From positions 1 to 53,847 of IMG/VR virus record IMGVR_UViG_3300045988_101358: a stretch of 53,847 bases of DNA; one strand, written 5' to 3'. Source of the DNA: a virus. The position numbers and the translations under genes are program-made. The notes under the pieces were generated by a model. It searched no databases and was not told where the DNA came from. It worked only from the letters and a program-made list of their open reading frames with translations. This document shows, in pieces, positions 13,547 through 22,030 of this stretch (positions are counted from its first letter, which is position 1; the number at the start of each line of letters is the position of its first letter).

Positions 13547-16303
13547 ATGCTGGACTTCTTTAAGATTCGCGAACGTGATACGAAAAAAGGAGTCATCGAG
13601 GTCTATCCCGATTTCCTTGTCAAACGTAATGGCGATCTCATGACGAGAGGTAAGGCGTTTTATGCTGTTTGGGATGAAGCAGCAGGTCTGTGGTCCACGG
13701 ACGAGTTTCGACTGATCGAGATTGTGGATATGGAGCTGAGCAAGTATGTGGACGCTAAGAAGTCTGAGAACCCTGAGCGGACATATATTGCCAAGCGCTT
13801 GAGCGATTATGGATCCAAACGATGGGATGATTTCAAACTTTTCCTGTCCAAGGCGCCTGACAATTGCCATGATCTCGATCAGAAGATCATATTTGCTGAT
13901 TCAAAGCCAGATCGAAAGAACTATGCCAGCAAGAAACTTCCATATTCTTTGGATAATGGTAGTTTTGAATCGTATGATGAGCTTATCAGTACGCTGTATG
14001 CTCCTGAAGAACGACAGAAACTTGAATGGGCCATCGGTAGCATATTTACCGGGGACTCAGTCAAGATTCAGAAGTTCATCGTTCTATATGGTGCGCAGGG
14101 TGCAGGTAAGTCCACCTTCCTCGACATCGTTATGCAGCTGTTCAATGGATATTATACGACCTTTGATGCCAAGTCGCTCACTGGATCCAACCAGTTTGCA
14201 ACGGAGGTATTCAAGTCGAATCCTCTTGTAGCCATTCAACATGATGGTGATCTGTCCAGAATCGAGGATAATTCCAGACTCAATTCGATAATCTCACATG
14301 AGCAGATGGCTATGAATGAGAAGTATAAGGCGGTGTATCAGAGCTCCGTCAATGCGTTTTTATTCATGGGCACCAACAAGCCAGTGCAGATCACGGATTC
14401 CAAGTCAGGTCTCATCAGGCGACTCATAGACGTTCAGCCGACAGGTCGAAGGATTCCACCAGAACGATATTTTGTCCTGAAGGATCGAGTGTCGTTCGAG
14501 CTCGGATCTATCGCCACGCATTGTATCGAAGTATATCGCTCCATGGGCCGATACGCCTACGCCGATTATACTCCGCTTGCCATGATGGAAAAGACGGACC
14601 GTCTGTTCAACTTCATCCAGGATAATTTCGATACGCTCGCTGGACAGGAATACACGCCTCTCAAGCAGTTGTGGGACATGTATAAGACGTATTGCGATGA
14701 ATCCAACTTCACGTGGACCATTCCGAAGTTCCAGTTCCGTGAAGAGATGAAGGACTACTTCGAGGAATATTTGCAAAGAACTCAGATTGATGGTACCAGA
14801 TATTATGGTATCTATCATAATCTGAAACAAAACCTCTTTGCGAAGAATCCTCTGGATCTATCGGATAGCGATCAGGAATCCAAGCCATCCAGTCTGGTGA
14901 TGGATCAGAGTACGAGCATTCTGGATGATATTCTGAAGGACTGCCCAGCTCAATACGCCAATTCAACTGGAACCCCCACATTCAAATGGGATCGAGTCAC
15001 GGGAACTCTGAAGGATATCGATACACATAAGCTGCATTATGTGAAGGTCCCGAAGAACATGATCGTGATCGATTTCGATATCAAGAACAACAAGGGAGAG
15101 AAGGACGCTGCGCTCAACATTGAGCAGGCATCCAAACTTCCGCCAACCTATGCCGAATATTCCCAGGGAGGAGCAGGAGTGCATCTGCACTACTGGTGGG
15201 ACGGCGATCCCGACAAACTCAGCAATCTATATTCTGACAATGTCGAGATCAAGGTGTTCCGAGGAGACGCAAGCCTCAGGCGTCGACTTAGTCAATGTAA
15301 CAATCTACCGATCGCCCATATTTCCAGTGGGCTTCCATTGAAGGAGGAAAAACCGGTGATCGATCTGAAGTATGTCAAATCAGAGGCAGGGCTTCGCAAT
15401 CTCATCATGAGAAATCTGCATAAGCAGATTCATCCCGGAACCAAACCAAGTATCGATTTCATCTGTACCATTCTGGACGAAGCATATGAGAACGGCCTCA
15501 AGTATGATGTCACCGACATGAAGCCTGTGATCATAGACTTCGCATCGAAGAGCACACATTGGGCCGACTACTGTCTGAAGGTTGTGAACAACATGAAGTT
15601 CGCATCCGAGGAGAGGAATCGAACTGATCACCCTCTCTATGAAGATGGCGCCATCGCATTCTTCGATATTGAGGTGTTCCCGAATCTGTTCCTGGTGAAT
15701 TGGAAGTATCAAGGCTCGGAGCAGTGCGTTGAGATGATCAACCCTGAACCTGCGGACATGCTGGGTCTGATGAAGCTCAAGCTCATCGGATTCAATTGCC
15801 GTCGGTACGACAACCATCTCATCTATGCACGATATTTGGGTTATGACAACACGCAGCTCTACAACCTCTCGCAGAATATCGTAAACGGCAATCGTGGATG
15901 CATGTTCGGAGAGGCATACAATCTGAGCTACACGGATGTCTATGATTTCTGCTCCAAGAAGCAATCGCTCAAGAAATGGGAGATTGAGCTTGGTATCCAT
16001 CATGAGGAATGGGCTCTGCCTTGGGACCAGCCAGTCGATCCGAAGCTATGGCCGAAGTTGGCGCATTACTGCAACAACGATGTCATCGCTACTGAAAAAG
16101 TGTTCGAAGCACGAGTCGAGGATTGGAACGCCCGAAAGATGTTGGCACGACTGTCTGGTCTGACGGTAAACGACACGACCAACAGCCACGTCATGCAATA
16201 TTTGTTCGGAAACGAGAAGAATCCTCAAAGTCACTTCATCTACACCGATCTCGCCACCGGAAAGCGCTATGCATGGCCTGATGCTCCGGAGTATGTGTCA
16301 TGA
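13547..16303 (+). CDS. Replisome fusion protein: D5/P4-type SF3 helicase, then AEP primase-polymerase, then the family-B DNA polymerase 3'-5' exonuclease domain.
   Basis: Helicase: Walker A GAQGAGKST, Walker B VAIQHDGD, FMGTNKP, GLIRRL. Prim-pol: MIVIDFDIK and SQGGAGVHLHYWW. Exonuclease: Exo I FFDIEVFPN, Exo II IGFNCRRYDNHL, Exo III HYCNNDVIATE. Confidence 0.75.
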   Translation: MLDFFKIRERDTKKGVIEVYPDFLVKRNGDLMTRGKAFYAVWDEAAGLWSTDEFRLIEIVDMELSKYVDAKKSENPERTYIAKRLSDYGSKRWDDFKLFLSKAPDNCHDLDQKIIFADSKPDRKNYASKKLPYSLDNGSFESYDELISTLYAPEERQKLEWAIGSIFTGDSVKIQKFIVLYGAQGAGKSTFLDIVMQLFNGYYTTFDAKSLTGSNQFATEVFKSNPLVAIQHDGDLSRIEDNSRLNSIISHEQMAMNEKYKAVYQSSVNAFLFMGTNKPVQITDSKSGLIRRLIDVQPTGRRIPPERYFVLKDRVSFELGSIATHCIEVYRSMGRYAYADYTPLAMMEKTDRLFNFIQDNFDTLAGQEYTPLKQLWDMYKTYCDESNFTWTIPKFQFREEMKDYFEEYLQRTQIDGTRYYGIYHNLKQNLFAKNPLDLSDSDQESKPSSLVMDQSTSILDDILKDCPAQYANSTGTPTFKWDRVTGTLKDIDTHKLHYVKVPKNMIVIDFDIKNNKGEKDAALNIEQASKLPPTYAEYSQGGAGVHLHYWWDGDPDKLSNLYSDNVEIKVFRGDASLRRRLSQCNNLPIAHISSGLPLKEEKPVIDLKYVKSEAGLRNLIMRNLHKQIHPGTKPSIDFICTILDEAYENGLKYDVTDMKPVIIDFASKSTHWADYCLKVVNNMKFASEERNRTDHPLYEDGAIAFFDIEVFPNLFLVNWKYQGSEQCVEMINPEPADMLGLMKLKLIGFNCRRYDNHLIYARYLGYDNTQLYNLSQNIVNGNRGCMFGEAYNLSYTDVYDFCSKKQSLKKWEIELGIHHEEWALPWDQPVDPKLWPKLAHYCNNDVIATEKVFEARVEDWNARKMLARLSGLTVNDTTNSHVMQYLFGNEKNPQSHFIYTDLATGKRYAWPDAPEYVS

Positions 16304-16524
16304 GCAATACGTATATTTGGTACCGTGTCACGGTGCAGTTGAAGTCTCAGAATGGTGTCACAGAGCAATTCTCATTCGTATTTGAACATTACCCTGCTGC
16401 GTATGAGATTCTCGACGTAGCTGCGAAGAAGGTCAAACATTTGGATGATATTTTCCTCCAATCCATTACAGTCGACAAGGTGATTGCTGATGTGCAAGAC
16501 AAAGGAATCAATCTTGTTCTTTGA
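16300..16524 (+). CDS. Small protein (74 aa) lying between the two halves of the split polymerase.
   Basis: ATGA overlap with the upstream stop. Own ggag RBS. Confidence 0.5.
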   Translation: MSNTYIWYRVTVQLKSQNGVTEQFSFVFEHYPAAYEILDVAAKKVKHLDDIFLQSITVDKVIADVQDKGINLVL

Positions 16525-16535
16525 AAGGATGAATC

Positions 16536-16619
16536 ATGAAAGATTTCTTCGATCTCTTGGGGTCTATCGTACTGATCATCGGAGTTCTCATCATGTGTAA
16601 GTTGCTCGAGTTCATCTAG
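16536..16619 (+). CDS. Hydrophobic micro-ORF (27 aa).
   Basis: ctttgaaaggatgaatc-ATG. MKDFFDLLGSIVLIIGVLIMCKLLEFI. Confidence 0.4.
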   Translation: MKDFFDLLGSIVLIIGVLIMCKLLEFI

Positions 16620-16653
16620 AGTCATCATGGGTAGATATTTGAAAGGATCAACT

Positions 16654-17763
16654 ATGAAGGAATCGGAGCTGATGAAGCCCGATGTGGCATTCCCTGGATA
16701 CAAATACGTCCAGGGGCAGAACATCTACCACGGCATTAATGTCGGACGTGGCGGATATGTCTATGCCGAACCTGGTATGTATAGCAACGTCGGGTTATTT
16801 GATGTGGCATCCCTGCATCCACATTCGATCAAGGAGCTCCACTTATTTGGAGACTACACTGATCGGTATGTGAACATCATGGAGGCCCGTATTGCCATCA
16901 AGCATAAGGACCTCAACAAGGCCAAAGCCATTCTTGGTCCGGCGCTTCAGGGTATTAACCTCGAAAGCGAGCAGGACTTCAAGCAATTGGCCCAGGCATT
17001 GAAAATCGTCATCAACTCAACGTACGGTCTGACCTCAGCAGCATTCCCTAACCGATGTAACGATCCTCGCAACAAGAACAACATCGTTGCTCTGCGTGGC
17101 GCGTTATTTATGGTGGATCTGCAACGGGAATGCCAGAAGCGTGGTTGGACCGTCGCGCATATCAAGACGGATTCCATCAAGCTGCCGAATCTGAATGATG
17201 AGATCAAGGATTTCGTCATGAGTTTCGGTCTGAGGTATGGCTATACATTCGAACTCGAATGCGTCTATGAGAAAATGTGTCTTGTGAACAACTCGACATA
17301 TATTTCCAAGATTGCCGAGGGCGATGACGGTATGCGCCAAAGTAAAGATCCGAACTGCCCTTGGTCTGCCACTGGAGCCCAGTTCCAGCAGCCGTACGTC
17401 TTCAAGACGTTATTTTCCCACGAGAAGATCGAATTCGAGGACATGCGAGAGACCAAATCGGTGACTGGGAAGATGTATCTCGACATGAATGAACGTCTTC
17501 CTGAGGATCAGCACGACTACCAATTCATCGGCAAGGTCGGCCAGTTCACTCCGGTTCTTCCAGGCGAAGGTGGTGGAGTCCTCTATCGAGAGAAAGATGG
17601 TAAATACTATGCCGTCGGTGGAACCAAGGGATATCGCTGGCTGGAGTCCGAATCGGTGAAGAACATCGGCGCCAAGGTTGACCAGAGTTACTATCGCCGT
17701 CTAGTTGATGAGGCGGTGCATGATATTTCCGAGTATGGAGATTTTGAGCAGTTCGCTGCTTAG
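16654..17763 (+). CDS. Family-B DNA polymerase, polymerase (palm/fingers/thumb) part.
   Basis: tttgaaaggatcaact-ATG. Motif A DVASLHPHS, motif B KIVINSTYG, motif C HIKTDSI. Confidence 0.75.
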   Translation: MKESELMKPDVAFPGYKYVQGQNIYHGINVGRGGYVYAEPGMYSNVGLFDVASLHPHSIKELHLFGDYTDRYVNIMEARIAIKHKDLNKAKAILGPALQGINLESEQDFKQLAQALKIVINSTYGLTSAAFPNRCNDPRNKNNIVALRGALFMVDLQRECQKRGWTVAHIKTDSIKLPNLNDEIKDFVMSFGLRYGYTFELECVYEKMCLVNNSTYISKIAEGDDGMRQSKDPNCPWSATGAQFQQPYVFKTLFSHEKIEFEDMRETKSVTGKMYLDMNERLPEDQHDYQFIGKVGQFTPVLPGEGGGVLYREKDGKYYAVGGTKGYRWLESESVKNIGAKVDQSYYRRLVDEAVHDISEYGDFEQFAA

Positions 17764-17777
17764 AAAGGAGGGCTATT

Positions 17778-18068
17778 ATGGGCCCAGAGGATTTCCGGAC
17801 GCTTGTCGAGTATCCGGAGTATGAAATCAATTCAGGAGGCATGGTGCGTAACCGTCACAGGCATGTTATTCTGATGTGGAGACCGGCAACTGTCACAGGT
17901 AAGGCTTGCGTACAACTGAAAGACCCTGAGAACCCCAACCGGCGCGTTATGGTGTCGGTTGCTCATCTCGTGACTTCGGTATTTTCCGATGACGAGATTG
18001 CAGAGTCATCCAAACAATGCATCGAGAACTGGAGGAAATATGACGACTCGGACGAAACTGAGCGGTGA
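17778..18068 (+). CDS. NUMOD4-like domain protein with no nuclease domain (96 aa).
   Basis: FRTLVEYPEYEINSGGMVRN resembles the NUMOD4 motif of homing endonucleases. Confidence 0.5.
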   Translation: MGPEDFRTLVEYPEYEINSGGMVRNRHRHVILMWRPATVTGKACVQLKDPENPNRRVMVSVAHLVTSVFSDDEIAESSKQCIENWRKYDDSDETER

Positions 18069-18324
18069 GGATGCAACCACACAGGCACGTATAATCCTAT
18101 TCACCTATCTGCATGAGCGTGGAGGCACTCTATATTTGTCGGACATCGCCACAACGTGGTTCAACTACACGCTAGGCGGTTGGAAGGCCATGCTCTGCAA
18201 CAAGAACAGTGATGACGATCTTTACTACGAAGTAACGTACGATAATCTGAATGAACGTTACTACGTGGATGAGTATGCTCGTGAAAATCATGCCGAGTAC
18301 GATCCGAGGGAGATATTCGGATGA
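18040..18324 (+). CDS. Hypothetical protein (94 aa).
   Basis: ggaggaaat-ATG. Confidence 0.5.
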   Translation: MTTRTKLSGEDATTQARIILFTYLHERGGTLYLSDIATTWFNYTLGGWKAMLCNKNSDDDLYYEVTYDNLNERYYVDEYARENHAEYDPREIFG

Positions 18325-18644
18325 ACAAACTCGACTTCATGTCTCTGGGCAAGAAGGCCGTGCAGGCATATATTTACAAAGCATATGGTATCGCTCTTGG
18401 TCTCAGAGACTTAACCATGTCCTCATACACTAATAATTCCGAAGGCCAGATCGGCAAATACCGAATCGAGCCTTGGGCCAAAGACCAAACACTGTTCCAA
18501 AACATCTATCAAGTCAACTTCGTATCAGCTAACAAGAAATTCCAGGTCTTCGAATGGAAAGTAAACGATTACGATTCGTTCGAACCATCCTATATTTTAG
18601 CTACGTCACAGACTATCGAAGTTTTAATCAAGAAAAACCACTGA
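18321..18644 (+). CDS. Hypothetical protein (107 aa).
   Basis: gggagatattcgg-ATG. Confidence 0.6.
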   Translation: MNKLDFMSLGKKAVQAYIYKAYGIALGLRDLTMSSYTNNSEGQIGKYRIEPWAKDQTLFQNIYQVNFVSANKKFQVFEWKVNDYDSFEPSYILATSQTIEVLIKKNH

Positions 18645-18657
18645 AAGGAATATTATC

Positions 18658-19266
18658 ATGGCAATCAAAAAGAAGCTCGATCGTGTTAAGCTCGACTCCT
18701 GCGAGATCATCTTCCGCAACTTCTCCGGAACCGGTGGCAAGTTCAATCCCGAAGGCAACCGCAACTTCTGTGTTATTCTTTCCGAAGAAGAAGGCAATGC
18801 ATTGCAGGCTGCTGGATGGAATGTCAAGCGTCGCCCTCCGCGTGAGGATGGTGAACAGCTTCCTCCATACCTCAAGGTGAACATCGGCAAGGACAGCTTC
18901 GAGAAGGGCCGTACCAAGATCTATCGTATGGACGTGGATACTCAGGGCAAGCCTCGTCGTGACGCCAATGGAGATATTGTCAAGGCCGTTCTGGATCCAC
19001 AGACGGTTGGCGGTCTGGATTCGGCTTATATTGTGGACGCTCAGGTCATCCTGTCGCCATATTTCTACGACATTCAGGGTCGCAGTGGCATTTCGGCCTA
19101 TGTGGACGAGATGACCGTCGTGGTACAGATGGACCCCTGGACTGCCAAGTATGAGGACTTCAATTCGGAGAACCCTGACTCGGCCATGAACACTACGACC
19201 TTCGAGGTTGTCGGTGCAAAACAGTTCAATGGTAAGCTTGCCGGAACGGACGATCCTCAGTTCTAA
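18658..19266 (+). CDS. Possible phage ssDNA-binding protein.
   Basis: ctgaaaggaatattatc-ATG. IIFRNFSGTGGKFNPEGNRNFCVILSEEEGNALQAAGWNVK resembles phage SSB-like proteins, and the gene sits in the replication module. Weak call. Confidence 0.35.
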   Translation: MAIKKKLDRVKLDSCEIIFRNFSGTGGKFNPEGNRNFCVILSEEEGNALQAAGWNVKRRPPREDGEQLPPYLKVNIGKDSFEKGRTKIYRMDVDTQGKPRRDANGDIVKAVLDPQTVGGLDSAYIVDAQVILSPYFYDIQGRSGISAYVDEMTVVVQMDPWTAKYEDFNSENPDSAMNTTTFEVVGAKQFNGKLAGTDDPQF

Positions 19267-19760
19267 TGGCACGATATTTCGACCCCAAGGTATGGCGCCC
19301 GATTCCTGGTTTTGAGAACTACGTCTGTGATCGTGACGGAAATGTAGCGAACCGAGATTCGGGCGTCGTCCTTGTCAAGCAACTCCTCAACTGCCGCAGA
19401 TCTAAGGTCACTGGTGAAGAAATCGGCACCAGGGGGTATACCTTGCATTATACCGGACATTACAAGAAAGGCAAGCACACCAATGTTTCTGTAGTGTCCT
19501 GTATTCGCCGTGCATGGCCTGATCTGCCTACTGACCATATTGTTCTGGATGATGTCGAGTACCGTCAATGCTTCCCTGGCAACGACTGGTACTATATTTC
19601 TCAGGACGGTGTTCTGGTCAATCATCGGTATAACGATCGCCGAATCGCGATAAAGATCCGCAAAGATGGAGGCGCCTCTGCACGGGTCAGCATTGATGGC
19701 CGACAAAGTGTCGTCGACATTGACGATCTTGTGGATGCTGTATGGTTCGGCATCAGTTAA
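19266..19760 (+). CDS. Protein with tandem NUMOD4-like motifs and no recognisable nuclease domain.
   Basis: WRPIPGFENYVCDRDGNV and FPGNDWYYISQDGVLVN. Confidence 0.5.
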   Translation: MARYFDPKVWRPIPGFENYVCDRDGNVANRDSGVVLVKQLLNCRRSKVTGEEIGTRGYTLHYTGHYKKGKHTNVSVVSCIRRAWPDLPTDHIVLDDVEYRQCFPGNDWYYISQDGVLVNHRYNDRRIAIKIRKDGGASARVSIDGRQSVVDIDDLVDAVWFGIS

Positions 19761-19774
19761 AGGAAGTGATATTT

Positions 19775-20347
19775 ATGTACGAACAAAACGAGGATGGTAC
19801 TGACACTGATGTGCGCACCATTGAAGAAAATCCTATTGGAACCGAAGAGACAGAGGTTATCGAGATTGCTCAGCCGAGTAAGCTCAGCATATCCTCATTC
19901 CCTTTCGCGCCAGAGTTCATGGTTCCGGAGAAAAAGCGAGCGATCAAGATCCTCGAAGAGGCTTCTGAAGCTTGCGAGGCGTTCAAGAGGTATCTCAACG
20001 ATGGCCCATATTCTCCAGAGGATCAGGTTGAGGCCGCGAAGGAATTTCTGGAGGAGTTCTGTGATACCTTCCAAGTGCTCTTCACAGCTGCTGCCTGTGT
20101 CGGAGTGCAACAGGGACAGCTGGATCAAGCAATGCAGGACTGCTTCCAGAAGAACGTCGACAAAGGGCGATATCCTAACGATGCCTCGGATGTCACCGAT
20201 GAAGACGACGGACTCCTCTTCCCGCCAGAACCTCCGGCCAGTTCTGCGACCTATAACAAACCCCCGCTTGATGAGTTCATGAGTCAATTTGACATTGACT
20301 CTGCGGAGAATTGGAGTAAGGAGGCGATGAAATTCTCTTACCGTTAG
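19775..20347 (+). CDS. Possible MazG-like NTP pyrophosphohydrolase.
   Basis: KILEEASEACEAF...EEFCDTFQVLFTAAACVGV...KNVDKGRY (all-alpha EExxE/D pattern). Weak call. Confidence 0.35.
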   Translation: MYEQNEDGTDTDVRTIEENPIGTEETEVIEIAQPSKLSISSFPFAPEFMVPEKKRAIKILEEASEACEAFKRYLNDGPYSPEDQVEAAKEFLEEFCDTFQVLFTAAACVGVQQGQLDQAMQDCFQKNVDKGRYPNDASDVTDEDDGLLFPPEPPASSATYNKPPLDEFMSQFDIDSAENWSKEAMKFSYR

Positions 20348-20496
20348 AGTCTCCAGCCAAGTTCCGCAACCTATAGCAAGCCTCGATTGATGAGGTCGTA
20401 AGTCAAGCTGGACTGAAGTGAAAAACGGGCCCAGAAATGCCCCTAGAAGGCCCGTAAAGGCCCCTTAGACGGCTTTTCAGCCCAAATAGGTATAAT

Positions 20497-20557
20497 TAGT
20501 CGGGTTTCGGACTTCAGGCCGTTAGAAGCTAATTTCGAAACCCGACTATTTCTCTTT
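20497..20557 (+). terminator. Strong 13-bp-stem hairpin plus T-run.
   Basis: tagtcgggtttcg (26-nt loop) cgaaacccgacta followed by tttctcttt. Sits just after a TATAAT box (20491-20496) and just before the next RBS. Confidence 0.5.
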
Positions 20558-20587
20558 GAAAGGATGAAATCATGGAGGAGGTAACCG

Positions 20588-20863
20588 ATGAGTGAGTATA
20601 ACATACTTAACGAACACCGGAAACAAGTGCTTCGTAAGGTGATTACAGCAATACAGCTCGTGCTCATAGCGATAGCTTTGGGTATCATTATGGGATATTT
20701 CATTCAGCAACATTTATACGATTCTGATAACACGAATCTTGATAGAATCGAGGTAGTACAAGTCACTCTGGATGACACCAGAAGAGTACCTTGCGTAGTG
20801 CAGGATGGGTATATTCGTACCTGTGACTGGACTCATGCCAGTGGGTCAGATAGTCTTGAATGA
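20588..20863 (+). CDS. Membrane protein (91 aa).
   Basis: ggaggaggtaaccg-ATG. ITAIQLVLIAIALGIIMGYFI. Confidence 0.65.
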   Translation: MSEYNILNEHRKQVLRKVITAIQLVLIAIALGIIMGYFIQQHLYDSDNTNLDRIEVVQVTLDDTRRVPCVVQDGYIRTCDWTHASGSDSLE

Positions 20864-20883
20864 TTCTTTGAAAGGATGATATT

Positions 20884-21243
20884 ATGGATCGTAATGAGAT
20901 CAAAGCAGCATTAAAGCTCTTCATCAATACCGAAATCAAACGTAAAGTACACGACTTTCCGAACGGACCTGTATCGTTCAACCATATCGGTGATGAATCG
21001 TTTGAAGATACCGAACATCAGTGGTGGCGTGTAAGCTTCGGGATGGGATCCGAGGTACAGATGTTTCCCGTACGGATCTCATATTCCAAGTGGCTCAATG
21101 CTGTGCAGATCGAACTGTATGGTCTGAAAGGCCGTACCATCCTTGACCGGGCTTATGTACAGCATCATGGTCCCGATGATGGCTTCCAGGAAGTACATTT
21201 CGAAAACGAGTATGAGCCGTTCTTGGAGGATACCAATGCCTAG
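20884..21243 (+). CDS. Hypothetical protein (119 aa).
   Basis: ctttgaaaggatgatatt-ATG. Confidence 0.65.
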   Translation: MDRNEIKAALKLFINTEIKRKVHDFPNGPVSFNHIGDESFEDTEHQWWRVSFGMGSEVQMFPVRISYSKWLNAVQIELYGLKGRTILDRAYVQHHGPDDGFQEVHFENEYEPFLEDTNA

Positions 21244-21667
21244 ATGGCAGACCATCCATAGAGAATCCGAGTACCAGCCTGAGACTGTTATCGTTTCTGA
21301 TGAGTATGGCAGTGAGACCATAGTGAAGAAGCGATATCGTGGGTACAGGCTGGTACCTGATTTCCATAATTACGTTATCAACAACCGTGGCGACATCATC
21401 AATATTCATACCGGAGCGCACCTTGGGGCACGTCTGGACAGCCGCAGAATGTGGCCTACAGTGAAGCTCAGGAAGGGTGTTGGCGATGAAGCTAAGAGCT
21501 TCGAAAGAAGTTTGAGGAAGCTGACTTTGGAGATATTTCCGGAGGACAAGGAGGAGATTGTCGAGTTCTTTGACGAGTGGCAACAGAGCTTTTTGAGGTC
21601 TTCGGAGATCAAAAAGAGGCTCGAAATACAGCAAAAACGGCTTCGTGAGCAGCTGTACAGTCGCTGA
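21236..21667 (+). CDS. NUMOD4-like domain protein (143 aa).
   Basis: ggaggatacca-ATG. YRLVPDFHNYVINNRGDIINIHTG. Confidence 0.5.
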   Translation: MPRWQTIHRESEYQPETVIVSDEYGSETIVKKRYRGYRLVPDFHNYVINNRGDIINIHTGAHLGARLDSRRMWPTVKLRKGVGDEAKSFERSLRKLTLEIFPEDKEEIVEFFDEWQQSFLRSSEIKKRLEIQQKRLREQLYSR

Positions 21668-21681
21668 TTTGGGCGTTTTTT

Positions 21682-21726
21682 GAGTGCTAGATGTGGGCGT
21701 TTGGTCCTGCATCTAGCACTCTTTTT
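21682..21726 (+). terminator. Intrinsic terminator.
   Basis: gagtgctagatg (16-nt loop) catctagcactc followed by ttttt. Confidence 0.6.
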
Positions 21727-21776
21727 GCCTAAAAAACAGGTGTTTTTCATACTAGATATGTGGTAGAAAACAGCCA

Positions 21777-21950
21777 AATGGCGGTTAGGTGGCGGTTTAC
21801 TCAGCGTAATATCTAGTGCGAAAATGGCCAAAAAGTGGCTAAGTGGCGGTTTAGTGGCGGTCAGGTGGCGGTTTACTCAGCGCAACATCTAGCACGAAGA
21901 AATGGCGGAATTCCAACGTTTTCGAGGGGTAAAAGTGGCAAAGTGGCTGT
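21777..21950 (+). repeat. Iteron array: about 10 same-strand copies of RRTGGC(G)GTT-type decamers, including a roughly 40-bp direct repeat (21787-21826 and 21863-21905).
   Basis: aaatggcggtt, aggtggcggttt, aaatggcca, aagtggcta, aagtggcggttt, tagtggcggtc, aggtggcggttt, aaatggcgga, aagtggcaa, aagtggctg. Confidence 0.8.
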
Positions 21951-22030
21951 TTTTACCTATTTTTCCTTAAAAAAATTATTTATAGAAACGTATAAAAAAG
22001 TACCCTTCCAGAAAAGTTTCAAAAGTAAAC
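21951..22030. promoter_or_regulatory. AT-rich segment next to the iterons (candidate DNA-unwinding element, or the promoter region of the helicase operon).
   Basis: tttttacctatttttccttaaaaaaattatttatagaaacgtataaaaaag... Confidence 0.4.

Noticed and set aside
16304-16653. Group I/II intron or intein interrupting the family-B polymerase.
   Set aside because: The two halves are not in one continuous frame, so it is not an intein. The gap is filled by two RBS-preceded small ORFs. I could not recognise intron core elements by eye, so this is left as a check (see findings) rather than a call.
20348-20587. attP/integration site suggested by the duplication and GC-rich repeats.
   Set aside because: There is no integrase or excisionase gene anywhere in the closed genome and no tRNA-like target sequence. 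Interpreted as a recombination scar plus a terminator.
21777-21950. Repeat array that could be mistaken for a CRISPR array.
   Set aside because: The repeat units are only about 10 nt, irregularly spaced and partly abutting, with no unique spacers of constant length and no cas genes. The pattern fits iterons.
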